DNA of 64,000 bases from an uncultured Clostridia bacterium. Lineage in GTDB: Bacteria; Bacillota; Clostridia; TANB77; CAG-508. The position numbers and the translations under genes were made by a program. Numbering within the stretch: position 1 is the first letter of the stretch; each line of letters opens with the position of its first letter. The notes under the pieces are model-generated. The model saw only the letters and a program-made list of their open reading frames with translations, was not told where the DNA came from and did no database searches. Below, in pieces: positions 50,608 through 58,553 of the stretch. The DNA is taken from NCBI GenBank assembly GCA_963558395.1, contig CAUWGE010000005.1, positions 114 through 64,113 on the forward strand, in the 5' to 3' direction.

Positions 50608-51912
50608 TTAATCCCAATTATAAATTTCTAGTTGTTGTTTAAATACCTTATCTCTTGTTGTATATAGTCTTAAATTTTCGTTCTTTTTAATTATTTGATT
50701 TACTCTCCATAAACCTAGTCCGTGAAAAGCTTTGTCTTTTTTCGTTGTAAAGCCTTTACTTTTCAAACTTTTCAAATCGACTAAATAATTCTTACAAGTA
50801 TTTTCTATTACAACCAAATTTCTGTTGTTATATCTATCTTTTAAAAATTTTATTGTTATAGTTTTCTCTTTGCAGTCCATACAAGCTTCAATAGCGTTAT
50901 CTATTAATATTCCTAAAATTCTACATAGTTCATATTGTTTTATTTTAAGAAGTCCTAAATCTACATAAACATCTACTTTTATATCTATTCCACAGTCAAT
51001 TGCTTTAATGTATTTTGTGTTTATTAAATTATATATTGCTGGAAGTTTTTCTAAATTCTTATCTAAATCTATGTTTTCTTTTATTTCCTGATATTCACAG
51101 ATTACATCTTGATAAATTTTTTCTAATCCTTTTATATCACTTGCTACAATACATCCACCCATTCCCTGCAAAATATTTTTAAAATCATGTCTAAATGAAC
51201 TCATATTGTCAAAACTTTGTCTAAGTCTTTCATTTGCTCCTGTAAGATTAAGAATAATATTCTTATCAACCTCTAGTTCTAAGCTTTTTACTATATTTCT
51301 CATAACGTTGAAAAAATATGCTAGTAAAAGTATCATTCCTAACAAATATATTTCTGTTGGGATTTCTGTTAACGCTTGTGCAACTAATATCTTATATAAT
51401 ACTATTAATATTATAAAGCATACTAGTTTTTTATTAATTTTTATCTCTATGTCATTATTTAGCACCTCTTCTATATTTATATGTATTTTCTTCCTTTTTA
51501 TTAATTTATATACAATTAAGTGTGCTAAAAAAATTATTAATTCTGCTATTAATATTAATATACTACTAGAAAATTCTTCACAAATTTTTATATTTATAAT
51601 TTCTAGCAATGTAAATAGAAAAACACTTATACTTTCAGCAACTAATGTTTTTACAAGTGTAAATTTAAATACTTTTATATATATTAAAGTCATAATTACA
51701 ATACTTGCAATAATTCCTAATATATCGCCTAATATAATTATCATAGAAAGGCAAGTTAATACTTGATAGATAAAAATTTTTAAAATTTCTTTCTTCTCTA
51801 TTTTTAGTAGTCTACCTACTATCTTACATTGCATTAATATTAATATTATATAAAAAATAAATGATATTGTCCCTAACTCCTGGATTTTGTTTTGTAAAAT
51901 TATAGATTTCAT
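50608..51912 (-). CDS. AgrC/ComD-like (HPK10-type, GHKL) membrane sensor histidine kinase, orphan
   Basis: About 6 N-terminal TM helices. H-box SFRHDFKN. GHKL motifs LGILIDNAIEA and FHGLGLW. Start trimmed to MKSIILQ (AGGAGAA SD) because the ORF-track TTG start is itself the -35 box. Confidence 0.7.
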   Translation of the reverse strand: MKSIILQNKIQELGTISFIFYIILILMQCKIVGRLLKIEKKEILKIFIYQVLTCLSMIIILGDILGIIASIVIMTLIYIKVFKFTLVKTLVAESISVFLFTLLEIINIKICEEFSSSILILIAELIIFLAHLIVYKLIKRKKIHINIEEVLNNDIEIKINKKLVCFIILIVLYKILVAQALTEIPTEIYLLGMILLLAYFFNVMRNIVKSLELEVDKNIILNLTGANERLRQSFDNMSSFRHDFKNILQGMGGCIVASDIKGLEKIYQDVICEYQEIKENIDLDKNLEKLPAIYNLINTKYIKAIDCGIDIKVDVYVDLGLLKIKQYELCRILGILIDNAIEACMDCKEKTITIKFLKDRYNNRNLVVIENTCKNYLVDLKSLKSKGFTTKKDKAFHGLGLWRVNQIIKKNENLRLYTTRDKVFKQQLEIYNWD

Positions 51913-51946
51913 CTTTTCTCCTATTCCATCTTTTGCCATTTTCTTT

Positions 51947-51975
51947 ATAATATTACATATTTTGACATTTTGCAA
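51947..51975 (-). promoter_or_regulatory. Predicted sigmaA promoter of the AgrC-like kinase gene (TTGCAA-17-TATTAT)
   Basis: Minus strand: TTGCAAaatgtcaaaatatgtaaTATTAT, directly after the 12-bp-stem terminator of the upstream gene (51997..52033). Confidence 0.45.
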
Positions 51976-52060
51976 GTCTTTTTAACAAAATTTTACAAAA
52001 GCTATGGGATTTTTTTATTTACCCATAGCTTTTATTTCATTATTTACAAAATTTAAATTA

Positions 52061-53143
52061 TTATTTTAAAATGTTTTGATTTAGTATTGGTACACTATAT
52101 ATAAAAAGTACATCTTGGTTCTTAAATTCTATATAATTTTCTAAAATTGAACTATTTATATATCTCAAATCTATCAATGTTATTTTTTTATAACCATCTA
52201 TTAAAAGTGGTGCCAATGTACTGCCAAAAGAATCTCTAAACAATAACAATTCATTCTCTGTTTTTGCATTATCATTTATTATTTCAATTAATGGAGTTGG
52301 GCCTGATAAGTATAAATCATATTTATCTACTGCATTTTTCCATTTCTCCAAATCGTATACTTTCCCCTCTTTTTGGTTTTCAAAATTATATGTCCTACTT
52401 TTATCTATTATTTCATTTGTAAGGTACTTTTGTTTATCTGGACTAACATTTATTCCTACTTGTCCATAATAACTTCCAAAGAAATCTCCTAATTCTATTA
52501 TATTGTACTTTATATTTTCCTTTTTTCCTAACATCTCTAATTTTATTTTATCTGCTACATCTAATATTTTTTCTTGTTTCCAATGTATATCTGTTTTATA
52601 ATAATCCTCTATATCTAAATTTTCAAAAATATTTATATATTTCATATCTTTTAAATTTTCATGCATTATGTTTTGCATTTTAGTATAGTCTAATTTTAAA
52701 TAATTTTCGTCTAAAAAATAACTTTTATCTGGGATTATTGAATAATATACATTCAAATTCTCCAAGTATTTATTTTTAATTTCATTTATCTTTTTTATAT
52801 TTTCTTGAAGTGCTTTATTATTTAAAGGATATTCTAATTTATATATTACATTATCCTTTATTAATGCCCCATTATCATCTAATTTATGATATACATTAAA
52901 ATTAAATAGACTTTTAGCCTTTCTAAATAAATCTCTATATGGAAATTGGTCAAGAGCATATTTTTCAAAATCATTCATCACAGTTCCAGATATAACTTTA
53001 TCTACATTTATATTTGGAAACTGCATCAATCTCCTTCTTTCTGAATAAGAAATTTTTTCATCTTCTTTTAATATATTCATTGTTAAAAATGCTAGTAATA
53101 TAGTTACAAATCCGGCTGAAATTAATATATTCTTTTTGTTCAT
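52061..53143 (-). CDS. DHHW-family (AlgX/AlgJ-like) protein, probable partner of the MBOAT acyltransferase
   Basis: N-terminal anchor ILISAGFVTILLAFLT. KTDIHWKQE matches the DHHW signature region. FRDSFG near the C-terminus. Immediately downstream of the MBOAT gene. Confidence 0.6.
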   Translation of the reverse strand: MNKKNILISAGFVTILLAFLTMNILKEDEKISYSERRRLMQFPNINVDKVISGTVMNDFEKYALDQFPYRDLFRKAKSLFNFNVYHKLDDNGALIKDNVIYKLEYPLNNKALQENIKKINEIKNKYLENLNVYYSIIPDKSYFLDENYLKLDYTKMQNIMHENLKDMKYINIFENLDIEDYYKTDIHWKQEKILDVADKIKLEMLGKKENIKYNIIELGDFFGSYYGQVGINVSPDKQKYLTNEIIDKSRTYNFENQKEGKVYDLEKWKNAVDKYDLYLSGPTPLIEIINDNAKTENELLLFRDSFGSTLAPLLIDGYKKITLIDLRYINSSILENYIEFKNQDVLFIYSVPILNQNILK

Positions 53144-53152
53144 CGCTTCCTC

Positions 53153-54544
53153 CTAAAATCTAAAATACAAGAATGGATTAAATGATCCATCTATAATATA
53201 ACTAGTAGAAATCATAAATATTACTAGTAAAAATATAGGCTCTAAAATATTTATAATTTTATTCATTTTTTTATTTAAGCATATGTTCTTTGCTATTGGA
53301 GTACTTGCTAAAATTCCAACTAAAATTATTATAAAATAACTTTTAAAATAATATATACTTTCATTGCTAAGTAATGTGACATTTCCTATTCCAAATAGTC
53401 CTCCTATATTTTTTATTGCTTCATTTAATGCACTTCCATTAAATATTATAAAACTTATCATTACAATTAATATAGTATAAATTCTTTTTATAGGCTTTGG
53501 AATTTTTTCACTATATTTTAATAAAAATAACTTTTCGATTATTAAAATAATCCCAAAATATAGTCCCCAAACCACAAAGTTCCATTCTGCTCCATGCCAT
53601 AGTCCAGTAAGACACCATACTACCATTAAATTTCTAATCCATTTCAATTTGCTTACTTTATTTCCTCCAAGTGGTATATAAATATAGTCTCTAAACCATG
53701 TGCTTAATGAAATGTGCCATCTTCTCCAAAAGTCTGTTATACTTTGCGCTATATAAGGATAATTAAAATTCTCTAAAAATTCAAATCCAAACATTTTTCC
53801 TAGTCCTATTGCCATATCTGAATATCCTGAAAAATCAAAATAAATTTGAAGCATTACTGAAATTCCATACATCCAATAAAATAGCACACTTTTTTCATTA
53901 CTTGCTAAAAATATTGTAACTAAATTTCCTACAACATTCGCAATTAAAACTTTTTTTCCTAGTCCTATTATAAATCTTCTTACTCCTGCTGAAAACTTAT
54001 CTATATTGCATTCTCTTTTTTCTAACTGCTTTTCAATGTCTTTATATCTTACAATTGGTCCAGCAATCAGTTGCGGAAATAAGCATACATATGTAGCTAA
54101 TTTTAAGATGTTTTTTTGTGGCTTTACATCTCCTCTATATACATCTACAATATAGCTTATTAATTGAAATGTATAAAATGAAATTCCAATTGGAAGTATA
54201 ACATTGATAAGGTCTATTTCTTGTGATAAGTATAAATTTATATTTTTTATTATAAAGTTTGCATATTTAAAATATATTAAAATCCCTACACTTATTAATA
54301 TTGGAATTATCAGAAATACTACTCTATATTTTGAATTTTTATATTTATCAATTAAGTTTCCAAATATATATGCTAAAATTATGGAAAATATCATTACTAC
54401 TATATACTTAGGTTCTCCCCAAAAATAAAACAGTAATGATGCCACTAGTAATACCGCATTTTTTAATTTATTTGGCATTAAATAATAAATTACTAAAACT
54501 ATTGGCAAAAAATAAAACAAAAAAGTTATGCTCGAAAATACCAT
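53153..54544 (-). CDS. MBOAT-family membrane O-acyltransferase (AlgI/DltB/PatA-like)
   Basis: MVFSSITFLFYFLPIV start, WRRWHISLSTWFRDYIYIPLGGN with the catalytic His region, polytopic. Confidence 0.85.
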   Translation of the reverse strand: MVFSSITFLFYFLPIVLVIYYLMPNKLKNAVLLVASLLFYFWGEPKYIVVMIFSIILAYIFGNLIDKYKNSKYRVVFLIIPILISVGILIYFKYANFIIKNINLYLSQEIDLINVILPIGISFYTFQLISYIVDVYRGDVKPQKNILKLATYVCLFPQLIAGPIVRYKDIEKQLEKRECNIDKFSAGVRRFIIGLGKKVLIANVVGNLVTIFLASNEKSVLFYWMYGISVMLQIYFDFSGYSDMAIGLGKMFGFEFLENFNYPYIAQSITDFWRRWHISLSTWFRDYIYIPLGGNKVSKLKWIRNLMVVWCLTGLWHGAEWNFVVWGLYFGIILIIEKLFLLKYSEKIPKPIKRIYTILIVMISFIIFNGSALNEAIKNIGGLFGIGNVTLLSNESIYYFKSYFIIILVGILASTPIAKNICLNKKMNKIINILEPIFLLVIFMISTSYIIDGSFNPFLYFRF

Positions 54545-54681
54545 ATTCTATTTAATGATTAAGTTTACTCCTTAACCATCTCCCCCCTTCTTTAGATTTA
54601 ATTTATAAATGCTTTATAAAGAATTAAACCTTGGCAAATTGCAAGGTTTAGTTTTCTTTATTATACTATGTAATTAATTTT

Positions 54682-55260
54682 TTAATACAACAATTCATCT
54701 GGTAAATCTTGCATTTCTTCTTCTTTTGTATATTCTTTACCTACCGTCTTTGCAAAACTTTTAAAACTTTCATATACTGGTTTTGCCCATTCTTCATTAG
54801 ACATTACCAAGCATACTACATCTCCACTATTTGTTGCATAAACTTTTTCTGCTGAAACACAAATCCATTTTCTTGTGTCAATATTATCTAGCATCATTTT
54901 TGCAATATTATTTGCTTCTGATTTATCTTTTACTTGTGCTAAAACTAAAGAATATGCTTGTGAACTCATCATTGGTTCAGATACTACTAAATATTTAAGT
55001 TTATCTCCATTTTCTAGTCCAGTTACACTTTTTACAACATTTGCATCTGAAACATCTACTATTTGTGTATTTAACTTAGGTAAACTTTCTTCTTTTCCTT
55101 TATATATTTCATTTACTAAGTTACTTAAATCTTCTGCACTTTCTATTTTTAGGTTTGTTTTGCTATCCTTATTTCCATTTACAAAAAATATTATTCCAGC
55201 TACAATCACTAATGCAATTATTGCAACTACCGCTATTATAATTATGTTTTTCTTTTTCAT
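54682..55260 (-). CDS. Membrane-anchored DUF4358-like protein
   Basis: N-terminal anchor IIIIAVVAIIALVIVAGIIFFV. SEPMMSSQAYSLVLAQVKD...VCLVMSNEE resembles DUF4358 from memory. AGGAGG SD. Confidence 0.5.
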   Translation of the reverse strand: MKKKNIIIIAVVAIIALVIVAGIIFFVNGNKDSKTNLKIESAEDLSNLVNEIYKGKEESLPKLNTQIVDVSDANVVKSVTGLENGDKLKYLVVSEPMMSSQAYSLVLAQVKDKSEANNIAKMMLDNIDTRKWICVSAEKVYATNSGDVVCLVMSNEEWAKPVYESFKSFAKTVGKEYTKEEEMQDLPDELLY

Positions 55261-55317
55261 AAGAACCTCCTAGTAATTAATATATCATACCATATAAATA
55301 TTAGCAATAGTTTGTAG

Positions 55318-55344
55318 TTTATTTTTCTTCTTTTTTCACTTCTA
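55318..55344 (-). repeat. 27-nt exact copy of the 3' end (last 7 codons + stop + 3 nt) of the PBP gene, in an intergenic position
   Basis: TTTATTTTTCTTCTTTTTTCACTTCTA is identical to 58527..58553. On the minus strand it reads ..LEVKKEEK*. Confidence 0.85.
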
Positions 55345-55456
55345 GAGTATAATAAAATGCTCCCCCTTGCTAAACTTTTTTGTTTAGAAATTGAGGTAGC
55401 ACTTTATTTCGCTTGTTTCTATATTGATTATATTTTAAATTATATCTATTCCCGTA

Positions 55457-55912
55457 TTACACATATAATTCAAAATATCTAGCACCATTTAATTCATCAT
55501 TTAATTCTTCTATTTGATTAAATCCTCTTTTTTTGTAAAATTTTATAGCAGAATCTAGTTTATCATATGTACCTAGAAAAATTCTCTTTATGCTATTTTC
55601 TTTAGCTTGTGCTATAAAATTTTCATATAGTTCATTTGCTAGTCCTTTGCCTCTATAATCTTTTCTAACATATAACCTCTTTAATTCCGCTTCATTTTGG
55701 TTGTATTGTTTAATTGCTATTGTTCCAATTATATCTTCCTCTTCATTAATAGCAATCCATAGCTTCCCATTATCTTGCATATAATCGCTATAACATTGTT
55801 CTTCTAGTTCTTTTCTGCATTCTTCAAATCCATATTCATCTACAAATATAGAAATAACAAAATTATTTACTTTTTTATCATATTTATCTTCATATTCTTT
55901 TATTCTATACAT
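55457..55912 (-). CDS. GNAT-family N-acetyltransferase
   Basis: 151 aa with the acetyl-CoA motif RKDYRGKGLANELYE. Confidence 0.8.
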   Translation of the reverse strand: MYRIKEYEDKYDKKVNNFVISIFVDEYGFEECRKELEEQCYSDYMQDNGKLWIAINEEEDIIGTIAIKQYNQNEAELKRLYVRKDYRGKGLANELYENFIAQAKENSIKRIFLGTYDKLDSAIKFYKKRGFNQIEELNDELNGARYFELYV

Positions 55913-55922
55913 TTTTATTCCC

Positions 55923-57047
55923 CTATTCTACTACATAATTAGCAATCTCTTGGTAATAATTTTGTATTCTACTCATAACATTATCCCACGAATATTGCTT
56001 TGACACTTCAACTCCATTCTTTATTAGAGAATTTTTCAGTTCCCTATCATTTAAAATTTTTTCTATTTTTTCTACTAAATCCTTAATATTGTCTTTTTCT
56101 ACTACTAAAGCATTTATATTATCTCTAACGAAGTCCCTATTTCCACCATTATCAGTTGTAACTACTGCTGCTCCACATGTCATTGCTTCTAATACAGGTA
56201 AGCAAAAAGATTCATAAATAGAAGCACAAACATATATATCAGTTTTCCTAAGTAGATTTCCTATCTCTATTTGAGGTGGATTTACTAAACATTCTATGTC
56301 TTTATTTTTTATTGGTTTCGTAGGCGTTACCCATTGTAATTCGACATTATATTTTTTTTGTATTATTTTTACTGCATCTATTATATTTTGTATTCTTTTA
56401 AATTCAATTTCTTCTGAACCAATTATTGTTATAATTGGTTTTTTATTTTCTTTATGCTCCTCATAGAAAAAAACTTTATCGTTTACTGCATTTGGTATTA
56501 CTTTTGCATCTACATTATATATCTCTTTTAATTTTTTCTTTGCAAAAGATGATACTGTATATATATCTTCTATTGTCTTTAGTTGTTTATTTATATAGTT
56601 AAATGTTCGTTCATCTAATTTGTTTGTATCAAATAAATGAAAATCTCCTTGTTCAAAATAAATTACTGGTGCTATTTTCTGTTCAACACACTCATATATT
56701 TCTCTCCAATATGTAGCTACTATAACATCCGTTTCTTTAGGAATTTTTTCACATAATACGTTTTCCCAAGGTACTTGTATAAATTCGACATTTGGATCTA
56801 AATTAAACCATATTGGCTTGTTATCATGTGTTATCAAAGTTATCTTATTTCCCATTTTGGTTAATCTGTTTGCATGTTCAAGTATTATCTTAGTACCACC
56901 ACATACACCTGTCCATGTCATAACATATGTTATATTAAGATTTTTTTGTTTTTTTTCTCTAAGTACTTTTTTTTGCTTTATTGCATATTTTAATTTTTCT
57001 TCTCTTTCTTTAAACTCTTTTTCTCTTAATAATTGCATATTTTTCAT
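55923..57047 (-). CDS. GT4-type (GT-B fold) glycosyltransferase with Lys-rich N-terminal extension
   Basis: C-terminal E-x7-E-type region: YESFCLPVLEAMTCGAAVVTTDNGGNRDFV. Confidence 0.8.
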   Translation of the reverse strand: MKNMQLLREKEFKEREEKLKYAIKQKKVLREKKQKNLNITYVMTWTGVCGGTKIILEHANRLTKMGNKITLITHDNKPIWFNLDPNVEFIQVPWENVLCEKIPKETDVIVATYWREIYECVEQKIAPVIYFEQGDFHLFDTNKLDERTFNYINKQLKTIEDIYTVSSFAKKKLKEIYNVDAKVIPNAVNDKVFFYEEHKENKKPIITIIGSEEIEFKRIQNIIDAVKIIQKKYNVELQWVTPTKPIKNKDIECLVNPPQIEIGNLLRKTDIYVCASIYESFCLPVLEAMTCGAAVVTTDNGGNRDFVRDNINALVVEKDNIKDLVEKIEKILNDRELKNSLIKNGVEVSKQYSWDNVMSRIQNYYQEIANYVVE

Positions 57048-57061
57048 AGTCTTACCTCAAT

Positions 57062-58291
57062 TTAATTTTTTAGTTTATCCCAAATCTTATTTACTTTTAT
57101 AAACTCTTCATAATGGATTTCTACTTTATCATCATATTCTTTTAAGCTTAATATTAAAGTATCAAACACATTGTCATTAAATAATTTATTTATTTCTGGT
57201 ATGCTACTTTTTAGTCCTTCATAAGTTCTCATTATTTTTTCTTTATAATTTTCCTTATCAGTTAAGTATAGGAAAAGAGGTTTATATTTAATCCACCCCA
57301 TTGATGCATTAAAAAAACGTGCTTCCACATTTTTATCCAATGCTTTTATTTCTTTTAACTCTTTAGGATATTTTTGTTGCATAACTTCCTTATATTTTAA
57401 AAAGCCATCATGGAAATGATATACTGGTACTTTTGTTATTTTAGAATCTTTTAAATTAACAGAAAAAAATGCATCTTCTCCTCTTGCACCCTCTGGATTA
57501 TAAAAGGCTGGTATCTTGTCTATATTTCTTAAATTTAGACATAATGTTGAGCCTACAACCCAGTTTCCTTTTCCTTCGTCTTTTTGCACATAAGCGCCAT
57601 TTCCATTTGCAATGTCTTCATTAGCATATGTTATTCCATTATCTTTTTCAAATTTCTGCTTGATGCATTCCCAAGACACAACCTCATTACTTATTGCCTC
57701 TATATATTGTTTGAATAATTCTTCATTAACATCTTTATTTATTTCAACATATGGTATTGGTGATATATATCCACAATGATATCCTATCGTTACGTCCGAA
57801 TTCTTTATATAATCTAAATGCTTTGTTATATTATTTTGTTCTTTCCATATTATCTTATTATTTTCTTCATCCTTTATACAGGCTACTGGATATTCATCAT
57901 CATCCCAAAATAGTAAATAATCTATATTTTCTTTTTTTGCAAAATACATTAAAGTATTTCTTCCTCTTGCATGTCCATAACCAAAAAAAAGTTCATTTTC
58001 GTCTTCTTTTAATATTTTCTTTTCTAATAGTTCTTTCTTTTCTTTTTCAATATCTTCTGGTGTTATGTATTTAATTTCAATATTTTTATGCACTTCTGGA
58101 TTTATTTTATAAAACGCCTCTCTTGTCGCATCTTGATACCTTAAATCAAATAATATGAATATTGTAATTTCCACTTTTTGATTTTCTGCTCTAATTTGTT
58201 TCAGCAATCGTTCATATGTATTGTTTATAACTTCACATACATTAGGTCTTCCTGTAACAAATCCTATTCCAAATTTTACAACATTTTCCAT
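57062..58291 (-). CDS. Hypothetical 409-aa protein, possibly a GT-A-like glycosyltransferase (function not recognised)
   Basis: Well-formed ORF, first gene after the cassette promoter, GGAGAA SD. Acidic WDDDEYP and GARGEDAFF motifs are suggestive of DxD/ED boxes, but I recall no family. Confidence 0.5.
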   Translation of the reverse strand: MENVVKFGIGFVTGRPNVCEVINNTYERLLKQIRAENQKVEITIFILFDLRYQDATREAFYKINPEVHKNIEIKYITPEDIEKEKKELLEKKILKEDENELFFGYGHARGRNTLMYFAKKENIDYLLFWDDDEYPVACIKDEENNKIIWKEQNNITKHLDYIKNSDVTIGYHCGYISPIPYVEINKDVNEELFKQYIEAISNEVVSWECIKQKFEKDNGITYANEDIANGNGAYVQKDEGKGNWVVGSTLCLNLRNIDKIPAFYNPEGARGEDAFFSVNLKDSKITKVPVYHFHDGFLKYKEVMQQKYPKELKEIKALDKNVEARFFNASMGWIKYKPLFLYLTDKENYKEKIMRTYEGLKSSIPEINKLFNDNVFDTLILSLKEYDDKVEIHYEEFIKVNKIWDKLKN

Positions 58292-58329
58292 TATATTTTC
58301 TCCTTTAGAAAAAAATTTTCACCTAATTG

Positions 58330-58358
58330 ATTATATCATATTTAAAATTTTATGTCAA
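58330..58358 (-). promoter_or_regulatory. Perfect consensus sigmaA promoter (TTGACA-17-TATAAT) for the 3-gene cassette
   Basis: Minus strand: TTGACAtaaaattttaaatatgaTATAAT, about 40 nt upstream of the ATG at 58291. Confidence 0.6.
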
Positions 58359-58526
58359 ATAGCGTCACATTTTGATAGTGTAAAATGGTATCGGAATAGA
58401 AAAATTGAGAATCCTTTGATATAATGTTTTTAAGCCCAAAAACTAAAAAAGGAATTCTCAATCTATTAATATTAGATATATATCATATTGAATCACTAAA
58501 TATATCTATTTTTTATTGTTTACATA

Positions 58527-58553
58527 TTTATTTTTCTTCTTTTTTCACTTCTA
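58527..58553 (-). repeat. Master copy of the 27-nt direct repeat (authentic 3' end of the PBP gene)
   Basis: Identical to 55318..55344, same orientation. Confidence 0.85.

Noticed and set aside
58440-58505. Imperfect long-range inverted repeat ATTGAGAATCC ... GGAATTCTCAAT after the PBP gene
   Set aside because: It has one bulge, a ~43-nt loop and no clear U-tract. It may be a weak terminator, but is not distinctive enough to call as a feature or as a mobile-element end.
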